This document shows positions 9,505 to 18,422 of a stretch of 64,000 nucleotides of DNA, piece after piece. The translations under genes and the position numbers were made by a program. Below the pieces are notes generated by a model. That model was not told the origin of the DNA, searched no databases, and saw only the letters and a list, made by a program, of their open reading frames with translations. The DNA comes from Candidatus Cloacimonetes bacterium HGW-Cloacimonetes-3. Its GTDB lineage: Bacteria; Cloacimonadota; Cloacimonadia; Cloacimonadales; Cloacimonadaceae. Within the stretch, counting starts at the first letter, position 1, and every line of letters starts with the position of its first letter. Location: NCBI GenBank assembly GCA_002840645.1, contig PHBO01000010.1, positions 60,470 through 124,469 on the forward strand. The letters run 5' to 3'.

Positions 9505-10599
9505 CTATCTCTTATCTTTTCTTTGATTGGCAGGGACAACTATCGGTACCTGATCCAGCTTTCTGCCGAAGAACAGGAAGAATACCGCAAACATCGCAGT
9601 TGAGATCACCAATAGCTGTCTGTTGCCTATTCTGAATATTATGATGGAGGTAAGAACAATAAGCACATTAATTGTATATATAATCGCTGCTGTTACCTTT
9701 ATCGAGCCGAGCACTGTATTAATCCTGTGGGTGCTATGATCCTTGCCACCTTGCATCACATGGCGTCCATCGCGCTTGCGGGTGAAGCTAACCAATGATA
9801 TATCAAAGATGGCATAGGAAAGCAGCAAAACAGGCAATAGATAGAAGAACTTGTCGTTATAGCGGTTACCGGCATGCTGAGCCATCAGGATGCCCATGGA
9901 CGATAGGAAATAGCCAATGAACATGCTGCCTGCATCCCCCAAGAAGATGCGTGCGGGATTGAAATTGAAGGGTAAGAACCCAAAGGCAGAGCCTGCAAAG
10001 CTAAGCGATATTAACGCCATCAAAGCCATTGCTTCCTGATTTGCCTGGGTGGTATTGGTTAGCGCAAAAGCAAAGAAACCTAAACCAAGGATACCAGCCA
10101 TACCGCTGATGATGCCATCCATGTTATCCAGAAAGTTAAGGGCGTTCATCAGCCCAACCATCCAAAGCACCATAAGCGGCAGGGATAAATAGATACTACC
10201 GAACATCAGCTTAAGCTCCACCAGGCTAAAGTTGCTCAAGATGAAGATAAGGCTTACGCCAAACTGCCCCAACATCTTAACAATTGGGCGCATCCCACGG
10301 CGATCGTCTATCAACCCGATGATAACTATCAGGATAGTTCCAGCCAGATAACCAATCATTGGCTTGTCGAAATAGCGTCCGGGAGAAATTAGTACATCGT
10401 AGATACAAAGCAGCACAAACCCGAGCGCAACACTAAACCCGCCTAACAAGGGCACAGTTTTGAGGTGTATCTTACGGGCTTCCGGTTTATCCACAAAGTT
10501 CAGGGCATTAGCCATGCGTATGATAAACGGCGTTAATCCATACACAAACAGCCACGCCATGATAAAGACGCTGAGGTATTCGTATATCCTGTTATCCAT
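9505..10599 (-). CDS. MraY/WecA-like glycosyltransferase family 4 (undecaprenyl-phosphate GlcNAc-1-P transferase-like)
   Basis: DKPEARKIH, GLIDD, NALNFLDNMDG, FLGDAGS motifs; many TM helices; start moved to ATG 10599 preceded by GGAG. Confidence 0.9.
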   Translation of the reverse strand: MDNRIYEYLSVFIMAWLFVYGLTPFIIRMANALNFVDKPEARKIHLKTVPLLGGFSVALGFVLLCIYDVLISPGRYFDKPMIGYLAGTILIVIIGLIDDRRGMRPIVKMLGQFGVSLIFILSNFSLVELKLMFGSIYLSLPLMVLWMVGLMNALNFLDNMDGIISGMAGILGLGFFAFALTNTTQANQEAMALMALISLSFAGSAFGFLPFNFNPARIFLGDAGSMFIGYFLSSMGILMAQHAGNRYNDKFFYLLPVLLLSYAIFDISLVSFTRKRDGRHVMQGGKDHSTHRINTVLGSIKVTAAIIYTINVLIVLTSIIIFRIGNRQLLVISTAMFAVFFLFFGRKLDQVPIVVPANQRKDKR

Positions 10600-10680
10600 T
10601 GTCACTCCACTTTTATCTGTAACGAGCATGAACATGAAATGGGGGTATTTTGTCAATGTTTTATTGGGGATAGTGTGCTG

Positions 10681-10762
10681 CGCACAAGTGAGAGCAATGC
10701 AAGTGAGAGCTAATAGCAGGAAACGCAGACGGGACGTCTGGGACTCCGGACTCACTTGTGCG
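10681..10762. repeat. REP-like hairpin nested in a 12-bp inverted repeat
   Basis: CGCACAAGTGAG (10681-10692) / CTCACTTGTGCG (10751-10762) enclose CAGACG-GGA-CGTCTG (10726-10740), which matches the hairpin beside the RAYT gene. Confidence 0.65.
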
Positions 10763-10814
10763 TTGCACTCTCACTTACCGCAGGTTCTCACTTACAAAAT
10801 TCTCACTAAAGAAG

Positions 10815-10841
10815 AAAGCCCCGGGTTTAAACCGGGGCTTT
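10815..10841 (-). terminator. Intrinsic terminator after the 10875-12308 gene
   Basis: AAAGCCCCGG / CCGGGGCTTT perfect stem immediately downstream of the stop. Confidence 0.75.
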
Positions 10842-10874
10842 CATATATTGGTTTGTTACTTTAGCTTAATAAGC

Positions 10875-12308
10875 TTAGTTAACAATCACCATTTTCTTGG
10901 TTACGTTGCTGGAAGGAGTGCTAAGTTTGTAGAAATAGATACCGCTTCCGCAAGCGTTGTTTTTGCTGTCACGACCGTTCCAATTGAAAACACTGGTTCC
11001 CTTTACGGGGACGGTCTTTACAACCTGACCAATGATGTTATAAACGGTAATAGTTCCAGCTTCACCATCTTTCACTTGATAAGCGATGTTGGTGCTGGTG
11101 TTGGCTTTGAAGGGATTGGGATAGGCATTGCGCATACTGGTAACAAGTACAGGAGCATTGTTTTCCGGGCCTTCTTGGACATATACAGTTGTGGGGCCGT
11201 GGAAAGCAGTGGTTCCGTCCATTTCAACAATTTCTAACCAGTAGGAATATGTTGTTTGGGCAGATACTTCGTTATCAATATGAGTATAGGTTGCAGTCTG
11301 GCTGGTGTTTGTAGCATCAATCAGAGTTGAGTTGATTTGCTCTGCAGTTGCCTGATTTGCATCGGTGCTACGATAGACGTTATAGCCGGAAACACCGGTT
11401 TCAGTCTCAGTAACCCAGGTAAGTTTAACGAAGTTCTGTGCGGTAAGAGTAGCTGCAAAGCTGCTAAATTCTACCGGGAGGGTTGCATCACCAAGAAGAA
11501 TAGGAATTTCTGGGATATCCTTACCACCGACAGGAATCACAAAAGTGATTACTCCACCAACGTTAGGAACTACTGTCCATAAGCCGGTTGTATAGCTATA
11601 CCATGCACCATATGGGGCAAGAGTGGTGTATACAAGAGTCCAAGGACCTGCACCTATCAGCTCAAGAGTTTCCTGATACACATAAGCAGCAGGGTTACCA
11701 GGAGCGGCAGGGAAAGGAAGAGGAGCAATCACGATGTTAGCTGCACCACCAACGGGCTCAATTGATACACCAGCAGTGGCAGTTGGTGTTGATACACCTT
11801 CTGGGTAGTCAAATACTGGTTCTACGATACCAAGTATGGTTGCGGGAAGATACCAAGCATTGTCTGCACCTGCGGGTATAGTGTAATAGAACTGTGCTCC
11901 ACCTGAGAGATATGTTAAGGTTTTAGTAGCATAATTCGTTTCTGCATTAGCATTTCCCAAATATTTAACTGTCACTGAGAATTGTCTGCCAGCAGGAACT
12001 GCACCAGCAGTTGCAAATGCCTGGACATCAAAAATAACCCATGCAACAACACCCACGGGACCTGTCATTCTAGTGACTCTGATCAGCGAGGCAGGTTTTG
12101 TAAGAGTTGTAATCGTCTCAGCTGCTGTAATATCAGTTACAGAAGCGAACCAATTTGGATCACTGATATTAGGAGGAGATAACACGCTCACATAAGACAT
12201 AATGTCGTTATCTGTGATCTTGATTTGCTGGTTAAACGTTTTTGCATTGAAGGCAAAAGACAAGGTTGCAACGGTAAGTATAACTATTGCTAATAATAAT
12301 TTCTTCAT
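10875..12308 (-). CDS. Secreted protein with LPVEFSSF domain and FlgD-Ig/T9SS type A-like CTD
   Basis: Signal peptide; TLPVEFSSFAA...VKLTWVTETE...GYNVYRS; NAYPNPF...WNGRD...SGIYFYKL. Confidence 0.85.
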   Translation of the reverse strand: MKKLLLAIVILTVATLSFAFNAKTFNQQIKITDNDIMSYVSVLSPPNISDPNWFASVTDITAAETITTLTKPASLIRVTRMTGPVGVVAWVIFDVQAFATAGAVPAGRQFSVTVKYLGNANAETNYATKTLTYLSGGAQFYYTIPAGADNAWYLPATILGIVEPVFDYPEGVSTPTATAGVSIEPVGGAANIVIAPLPFPAAPGNPAAYVYQETLELIGAGPWTLVYTTLAPYGAWYSYTTGLWTVVPNVGGVITFVIPVGGKDIPEIPILLGDATLPVEFSSFAATLTAQNFVKLTWVTETETGVSGYNVYRSTDANQATAEQINSTLIDATNTSQTATYTHIDNEVSAQTTYSYWLEIVEMDGTTAFHGPTTVYVQEGPENNAPVLVTSMRNAYPNPFKANTSTNIAYQVKDGEAGTITVYNIIGQVVKTVPVKGTSVFNWNGRDSKNNACGSGIYFYKLSTPSSNVTKKMVIVN

Positions 12309-12323
12309 TTTTTTTACTCCTAA

Positions 12324-12965
12324 TTATTTGGACTTAGTTTTGATATTTTGTCTAACTTTTGCGGCAGCTACTGGCCATGTTCCTTCTGTCTCGGTGTATA
12401 TCCAGAGTGGTGCACCAATGGAAGTAGCAAAATCATCAGACCAGCCACCCCAGGGGAATGCATCAACTGTTGACCACAATTGGGTTGTACCATCAAAGTA
12501 ACCGACCGTTGTTGCGCCCATATCATCGCCGACAAGGTTAGCCGAATTCAGTGCACCCTTATCAAGAGGCAGCATAACAACATTATTGCCTATAACCAGT
12601 TCATAGGTAGGCTGAACTGCTGGTAGTGCTCCAAGACTGTAGAAATCAACATCGGATTCTACGTATATCCAAAGAGCTTGGCCATTGCTAAGGGCAAAAT
12701 CATCAGACCAGCCACCCCAAGGGAAAGCATCAACTGTTGACCATAATTGTGTAGCAGTATCAAAATAGCCAACGGTGGTAGCGCTAATAGCGTCACCAAG
12801 TTCATTGGCGGTGGTATAAGCATCCACCATAGGTAGGGCGAGCATATTATTGCCGGCCACGCACGGATATTTAACATATCCGACTACTGCGGATGGATCG
12901 GATTCGACCGCTGCGAGCATGCCAATGGCAAGAAGTAGCACTAGCGGTAATATAAATTTCTTCAT
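12324..12965 (-). CDS. Secreted hypothetical protein with two-fold internal repeat and basic tail
   Basis: Signal peptide; TTVGYFD(T/G)xTQLWSTVDAFPWGGWSDDFA occurs twice; AGGAG SD upstream. Confidence 0.8.
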   Translation of the reverse strand: MKKFILPLVLLLAIGMLAAVESDPSAVVGYVKYPCVAGNNMLALPMVDAYTTANELGDAISATTVGYFDTATQLWSTVDAFPWGGWSDDFALSNGQALWIYVESDVDFYSLGALPAVQPTYELVIGNNVVMLPLDKGALNSANLVGDDMGATTVGYFDGTTQLWSTVDAFPWGGWSDDFATSIGAPLWIYTETEGTWPVAAAKVRQNIKTKSK

Positions 12966-13188
12966 AACATTCCTCCTAAAGGAAATGATATAATTCTTTA
13001 AGATACTAAATTATGTGTTCTTCCATAAATTCCGACCGCTGGCATCGTGCCGGGGACGGAGAACGACGTTTTTAGTACTCGTCCGGCAGCCGATTGGGCA
13101 AATACCGGGGCATGATTTTGAAAGGTTAAGGTTCTGTTTCATCGCACATTACACTCTTTATACTTTAGTTACTTTAATGACAGTTCCC

Positions 13189-13216
13189 ACATTACGCAGG
13201 CTGTAAATCTTGTCAA
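13189..13216 (-). promoter_or_regulatory. Putative sigma70-type promoter for the 12965-10875 gene pair
   Basis: Minus strand TTGACA (13216-13211), 16-nt spacer, TAATGT. Confidence 0.4.
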
Positions 13217-13383
13217 GAATTAAATCCATTGATATCCATATTTGTCGTACACAGGATTCCACAACTTTCACGTTCGGCAGGGTTAAGCCCTTACCGAAAA
13301 GTATAGTTGTAATGAGAGAAAAAGCAACAAATACTTAAGCTGTCAGCAAGGCAGAAAATGGCAACCAAAACCCCTTACGCCGG

Positions 13384-13449
13384 CAATGCCCTTTCACCGC
13401 CCACCCATTGCCCTCTTTGTGGGCAATGGGTGGTGTTTGATAGAGGTTT
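13384..13449. repeat. Degenerate palindrome of the CATTGCCC 11-bp-unit family (copy 2)
   Basis: CCCACCCATTGCCC-TCTTTGT-GGGCAATGGGTGG core; related to 3724-3783 and 56011-56072. Confidence 0.65.
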
Positions 13450-13505
13450 GGATGCAGCGGAGAAGTTAATGAGGTGATGAAGTGATGAAGTGATGGGGTG
13501 CTTAC

Positions 13506-14699
13506 CGGAACTGCAGACGTGCCGTCTGCACTGGGGTAGCAGGCATTTTGCCTGCGTGGTGTGGGATCGTGGCAGTGTTAGATGCTTTGCTGGTGGGAGG
13601 GAGGACGGGTATGGGGGGATGGTTATGTGAAAAGTGTGGTTGCGTTGCAGATGCAGTACCGTGACAGATGCAGTGCCGTGACGTAGTCGTGACGACTACT
13701 GTGCCAGTGCAGACGGCACGTCTGCAGTTCCGTGACGGAGGCGCATGCAGCTTTGGGGCGGGTGCGAAACTTGCTACTTTTGCAGCATCTCCATGCGGTA
13801 GTAATAGGAATACTTCCAATCCTCAATCTGCTGTGCCAGACCTGCTTTAACGGGATTATAGAGAATATAATTTACCACGTTATTATAATCATCTTCGTTG
13901 CGGGTGTAGCGATCAAAGTAGTCATCGTTCCACACTTTGCCTTGGCGGTTATGCACGTGATTTATTTCTTTGGCGGTGTAGCTCTTTAATCTTTGCACAA
14001 TGGTACTTTGTTTGCAATATTCTCCGTTTGCAACCGGCAAGGGTTTGATCAATAAATGGATGTGGTTTGGCATCACACAGTAGGCATGCAAATTGTACAA
14101 CTTGGTATCATAGAATTTGAATGCCGTGCATAGCATGGCGGCAATCCCGGGTTCGCATAGGGATAAATCGCTAAGCTGGCATTTACTAAGGAAGAAATCG
14201 TATTCCTCATGCCTTTTGGTGTAGGCTTGCAGTTGCTGATGCTTTTGAATGCTATCCTTTTGGCGGTGAAGATCGTTTAGCATCTCGCCCATTTCTTCTT
14301 TGATGGCGATCATGTGCCCCGGTAACGTGAAGGCAAGTCTCCAGGATAAGGCGATAATTTGTTCCGCAGCCTGAAAGTGAGGCAGAAATCTGCGGTGCTG
14401 TTCCACAAGGATAGGCATAATAGTACTCCTTTTGGTATGGTGTGTTTATGTGCTTGGCATGATTTTGGGGTTTGGGGAAATTGTAAAGGGATATTTTTTT
14501 TTTTGGGGGGGGGGAGATCGTTGCAGTGTTAGGTGATTTGTTTTTGGAAGAGAGGACGTGTATGGTTATGGGTATGTGAAAAGTGTGGTTGCGTTGCAGA
14601 TGCAGTACCGTGATGGATGCAGTGCTGTGACAGATGCTGTACCGTGACGTAGTCGTGACGACTACTGACCCAGTGCAGACGACACGTCTGCAGTTCCGT
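13506..14699. mobile_element. RAYT locus: REP-associated tyrosine transposase with flanking REP/REPIN-like repeats
   Basis: 29-bp REP at 13506-13534, its exact reverse complement at 13704-13732, 1-mismatch copy at 14670-14698; direct-repeat blocks 13624-13733 and 14573-14699 flank the Y1 transposase. Confidence 0.8.
13774..14418 (-). CDS. rayT: REP-associated tyrosine transposase (Y1_Tnp/HUH, IS200/IS605 superfamily)
   Basis: AYCVMPNHIHLL (HUH), VQRLKSYTA, WNDDYFDR, NYILYNPVKAGL (catalytic Tyr); AAGGAG SD. Confidence 0.88.
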   Translation of the reverse strand: MPILVEQHRRFLPHFQAAEQIIALSWRLAFTLPGHMIAIKEEMGEMLNDLHRQKDSIQKHQQLQAYTKRHEEYDFFLSKCQLSDLSLCEPGIAAMLCTAFKFYDTKLYNLHAYCVMPNHIHLLIKPLPVANGEYCKQSTIVQRLKSYTAKEINHVHNRQGKVWNDDYFDRYTRNEDDYNNVVNYILYNPVKAGLAQQIEDWKYSYYYRMEMLQK

Positions 14700-14772
14700 A
14701 GCGTACACTTGCAGTTCCTACACACAGAAACCTTGACCGACACACAGAATACTTGACCTGCGCATAGAAACC

Positions 14773-14800
14773 TTGACAAGCAAAGCACCATAAATATAAT
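14773..14800 (+). promoter_or_regulatory. Consensus sigma70 promoter upstream of oadB
   Basis: TTGACA (14773-14778), 16-nt spacer, TATAAT (14795-14800); GGAG SD before ATG 14833. Confidence 0.75.
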
Positions 14801-14832
14801 GGCAAATCAGAGAAGATTCGGGAGAAAACCGC

Positions 14833-15933
14833 ATGGAAACACTATTTTCCGGCTTGTTGGCTTTTCAGTTTCAGCAAGTGATCATGATCGTTATCGGCTT
14901 GGTGCTGATTTGGCTGGCAATCCGCTATAAATACGAGCCTACCCTGTTGTTGCCGATTGGTTTTGGTACAATATTGGCTAATATACCGTTTTCCGCAGCC
15001 ATAGGTGATCATGGTCCCCTAAGCATATTGTTCAAAGCCGGTATTGACACGGAGCTATTCCCGCTGTTAATCTTCATCGCCATTGGTGCGATGATAGATT
15101 TCACTCCCTTGCTGAAGAATCCCTTTATGCTGTTATTCGGTGCGGCGGCGCAAATTGGCATCTTTGTTACTATCGTGCTTGCTGCCGTTATGGGCTTTCC
15201 CATCAGGGAAGCAGCCAGTATCGGCATTATAGGTGCAGCGGATGGGCCTACCTCTATATATGTAGCAAACCGTTTTGCGCCGAACCTGCTGGGGCCCATC
15301 TCCGTGGCAGCGTATTCCTATATGGCACTGGTACCGATAATTCAGCCTCCCGTTATCCGTCTGCTAACCTCCAAGAAGGAGCGGCAAATCCGCATGGATT
15401 ACCACTCCGGCGATGTTTCCCGGATAGTAAAGATCATCTTCCCCATTGCCATAACGATAATCTCCGGCATCTTTGTACCCGCATCATTAGCTCTAATCGG
15501 CTTTTTGATGTTTGGAAACCTGATCCGCGAATCCGGTGTGCTGGATAGCTTAAGCAAATCTGCGCAAAATGAACTGGGTAATTTGGTTACCATATTATTG
15601 GGCATCACCATTGCCTCCAAGATGCAGGGAGAGCTGTTTCTTGTCCCGCAAACTCTGTTGATTCTGGCTTTGGGCTTGGTTGCCTTTGTGTTTGATACCG
15701 CGGGGGGAGTGCTGTTTGCAAAGCTGATCAATGTATTCCGTAAGCAAAAAATAAACCCCATGATTGGAGCCTGCGGAATCTCCGCCTTTCCCATGAGCGC
15801 GCGCGTGATACATCAAATGGGGCAGAAAGAAGATCCCTTTAATTTCCTGTTGATGCCCGCCGTAAGCGTTAATGTGGGCGGACAGATAGGCTCTGTGATA
15901 GCCGGCGGCTTGATACTGGCGTTACTTGCCTAA
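14833..15933 (+). CDS. oadB: Na+-translocating decarboxylase beta subunit (OadB/GcdB/MmdB family)
   Basis: EPTLLLPIGFG, IGIIGAADGPT, AAYSYMALVPIIQPP, IGACGISAFPMSAR, NVGGQIGS motifs. Confidence 0.93.
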   Translation: METLFSGLLAFQFQQVIMIVIGLVLIWLAIRYKYEPTLLLPIGFGTILANIPFSAAIGDHGPLSILFKAGIDTELFPLLIFIAIGAMIDFTPLLKNPFMLLFGAAAQIGIFVTIVLAAVMGFPIREAASIGIIGAADGPTSIYVANRFAPNLLGPISVAAYSYMALVPIIQPPVIRLLTSKKERQIRMDYHSGDVSRIVKIIFPIAITIISGIFVPASLALIGFLMFGNLIRESGVLDSLSKSAQNELGNLVTILLGITIASKMQGELFLVPQTLLILALGLVAFVFDTAGGVLFAKLINVFRKQKINPMIGACGISAFPMSARVIHQMGQKEDPFNFLLMPAVSVNVGGQIGSVIAGGLILALLA

Positions 15934-15950
15934 ATCCTTAGGAGCAGAAA

Positions 15951-16352
15951 ATGCAAAATCTCGATATAAAAGAACAAGAACTGTTGGAGGCTGCCAAGGT
16001 TGCCACCAATAATGCCTATGCCCCCTATTCCGGCTTTCGGGTTGGGGCTGCCCTACGCTGCGCAGATGGTAGCATTGTTACCGGCTGCAACGTGGAAAAC
16101 GCTTCCTATTCCTTAACTTTATGTGCCGAGCGTACGGCGATATTCAAAGCCATAAGCGATGGCAAGCTGGATTTCAGCGCTATAGCTGTTTATGTGGATT
16201 CGGACGAGGTTTTCCCGCCCTGCGGAGCTTGCCGTCAGGTAATATATGAGTTCAGCCCGAACATTCCGGTGATCTATGGCAACCGCAAGGGTTATACAAA
16301 AACCACGATACAAGAACTTTTACCCGGTGCTTTTTCACTATCTAAAGGATAA
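15951..16352 (+). CDS. cdd: Cytidine deaminase (homotetrameric type)
   Basis: AYAPYSGFRVGAAL, GCNVENASY, CAER, PCGACRQ. Confidence 0.95.
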   Translation: MQNLDIKEQELLEAAKVATNNAYAPYSGFRVGAALRCADGSIVTGCNVENASYSLTLCAERTAIFKAISDGKLDFSAIAVYVDSDEVFPPCGACRQVIYEFSPNIPVIYGNRKGYTKTTIQELLPGAFSLSKG

Positions 16353-16353
16353 T

Positions 16354-17304
16354 ATGGACTTCCCACAGCTTGCTTCCTGCCGTATCTGCCCGCGTGATTG
16401 CGGGGTAAACCGCTATACCGGAACCGGCTTCTGCGGAGCAGGCAGCAATATAAAGATAGATTTGGCAGCTTTGCACCACGGAGAAGAACCGCCCATCAGC
16501 GGGACAAAAGGCAGCGGGACAATCTTTTTCTCTTACTGTAACCTGCGCTGTGTTTTCTGCCAGAATTATACCATCAGCACCGGAGGCAAAGGTTATGAAC
16601 TTAGTTGTGAAGAATTGGCGAAGCTGATGCTGAAACTGCAGGAGCAGCAAGCGCATAATATTAATCTTGTTACTCCCACTCATTTCAGTCCCCAGATTGC
16701 AGAATCCCTGCGAATAGCAAAGGAAGCGGGCTTGGAACTACCCATAGTGTGGAACAGCTCTGCCTACGAATGTTTGGACACGCTGGAAAGCCTGGATGGC
16801 TTGATAGACATTTACCTTCCGGATTTGAAGTATGCGCATGGGATTTATGCGGGAAAATACTCTTCCGCAGCAGATTACCCTCAGGTTGCCCTTGCTGCGA
16901 TAAAGGCTATGTACAAACAAAGCGGCACTCTGCAGACAGATGAGCAGGGCTTCGCCACCCGCGGAACGATTGTAAGGCTTTTGGTGCTGCCACATGGGCT
17001 TAGCGGTGCACAAACAAGTTTGCATCGCCTGGCAGAAGAGCTTGGCACCGAAATCACGCTAAGCCTGATGGGGCAATACTACCCCGCAGGCAAAGCATCT
17101 TTACACAAGGAATTACAGCGCGGGATTACGGAACAGGAGTATCAAGCAGTGGTGGATACAGCCATTCAGCTTGGCTTTACCAGTGTTTTTGTGCAAGAGC
17201 TTTCCTGCTCTGATGCCTGGACACCGGATTTTATAGGTAACAACGAGGCGCATAGCGATCCCCCGATTGCCTGTGTTAACCCAATTATGGAGAATTGCTT
17301 ATGA
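16354..17304 (+). CDS. Radical SAM protein (PflX-like activating-enzyme family)
   Basis: CRICPRDC, EEPPISG, CNLRCVFCQN, HNINLVTPTH; start placed at ATG 16354. Confidence 0.85.
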   Translation: MDFPQLASCRICPRDCGVNRYTGTGFCGAGSNIKIDLAALHHGEEPPISGTKGSGTIFFSYCNLRCVFCQNYTISTGGKGYELSCEELAKLMLKLQEQQAHNINLVTPTHFSPQIAESLRIAKEAGLELPIVWNSSAYECLDTLESLDGLIDIYLPDLKYAHGIYAGKYSSAADYPQVALAAIKAMYKQSGTLQTDEQGFATRGTIVRLLVLPHGLSGAQTSLHRLAEELGTEITLSLMGQYYPAGKASLHKELQRGITEQEYQAVVDTAIQLGFTSVFVQELSCSDAWTPDFIGNNEAHSDPPIACVNPIMENCL

Positions 17305-18422
17305 AAAAGAACTACATAATACTATTGCTGTTTGCTACTCTCTTAGGTATGCTGCATGCTGATTTCAGCATATTGGTAAGGGGAGAGAGCAAGGCAAAAA
17401 ACCTTCCTGAGACAACTCTGAACTCTGTTCGCTACGTGAATTTGGATGACTTTAGCAGCGTGTTTAAGGCAATAAATAAGCACGACCGCACTGATGGCAG
17501 GATTTATCTGCACCTGTATGACGAGCAATTTATCTTTCTGGAAGCCTCGCCTTATTACATCTTTAAAAACGAATCCTTTAACATGCACTACACTCTCTTA
17601 CGCAAAGGTGCCAAGCTTTATCTGCCCTCAGTGTTTATATCAGAGCATATAAAGGTTCATTTTGGCAGGATGGTGGAACTAAAAGGCAAAACCCTAACGA
17701 TAGATAAGCCCAGGGATAACAGTGTACTTACGATTGTACTTGATCCCGGACACGGCGGCAAAGACCCCGGAGCTGTGGGTTGCAAACTGAAAGCTAAAGA
17801 AAAGGATGTTAACCTCGCCGTTTGCCTAAAACTAAAGCAGCTGTTAGAAAAAGAGCTGGGGCTGAAAGTGTTGCTTACGCGTAGTGACGACCGTTTCGTT
17901 TCCCTGCAGGACAGAACCCGTTATGCCAATGAGAGAAAGGCTGATCTCTTCGTTAGTCTGCATACCAATGCCTCGAAATCTTCTCAATCCAGAGGTCTGG
18001 AAACATATTATCTATCCACGGCACAAAGCTCCGAAGCGCGAGCAGTGGAAGCCATGGAAAACGATGTTGTAGAACGCTTTGAGGGCGGCACAATCGCCAA
18101 GAATAAATATGATGATCTGGCTTTTATCCTCAGCGATCTAAGCCAAACAGAACATTTGGAAAGCAGCAACATGATGGCAAGCAACGTGCAACAAAATCTT
18201 GTGGCTGGTACAAGAGCCTATGACAGAGGTGTAAAACAGGCTAATTTCTATGTGTTGCGCGGTGCCTTTATGCCCTCGATCTTAATCGAGATGGGTTTCA
18301 TCTCCAATCCTGAAGAAGAACAACTTTTAGTTAACCAAGAATACCAAGACCGCCTTGCCCGCACAATCTTTGAAGGCATAAAGCGTTTTAAATTCCGCTA
18401 TGACAGGATTCGCAACACGTGA
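17301..18422 (+). CDS. N-acetylmuramoyl-L-alanine amidase (Amidase_3)
   Basis: Signal peptide; IVLDPGHGGKDPGA, EKDVNL, FVSLHTNA, SILIEMGFISN. Confidence 0.92.
   Translation: MKKNYIILLLFATLLGMLHADFSILVRGESKAKNLPETTLNSVRYVNLDDFSSVFKAINKHDRTDGRIYLHLYDEQFIFLEASPYYIFKNESFNMHYTLLRKGAKLYLPSVFISEHIKVHFGRMVELKGKTLTIDKPRDNSVLTIVLDPGHGGKDPGAVGCKLKAKEKDVNLAVCLKLKQLLEKELGLKVLLTRSDDRFVSLQDRTRYANERKADLFVSLHTNASKSSQSRGLETYYLSTAQSSEARAVEAMENDVVERFEGGTIAKNKYDDLAFILSDLSQTEHLESSNMMASNVQQNLVAGTRAYDRGVKQANFYVLRGAFMPSILIEMGFISNPEEEQLLVNQEYQDRLARTIFEGIKRFKFRYDRIRNT

Noticed and set aside
13624-13733. Short repeated units near the RAYT gene as a CRISPR array
   Set aside because: Units are directly tandem or hairpins with no unique spacers; no cas genes in the window.
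14494-14514. T11-G10 homopolymer upstream of rayT as a phase-variation switch
   Set aside because: No promoter elements could be placed around it; may be low-complexity sequence or a sequencing artefact.
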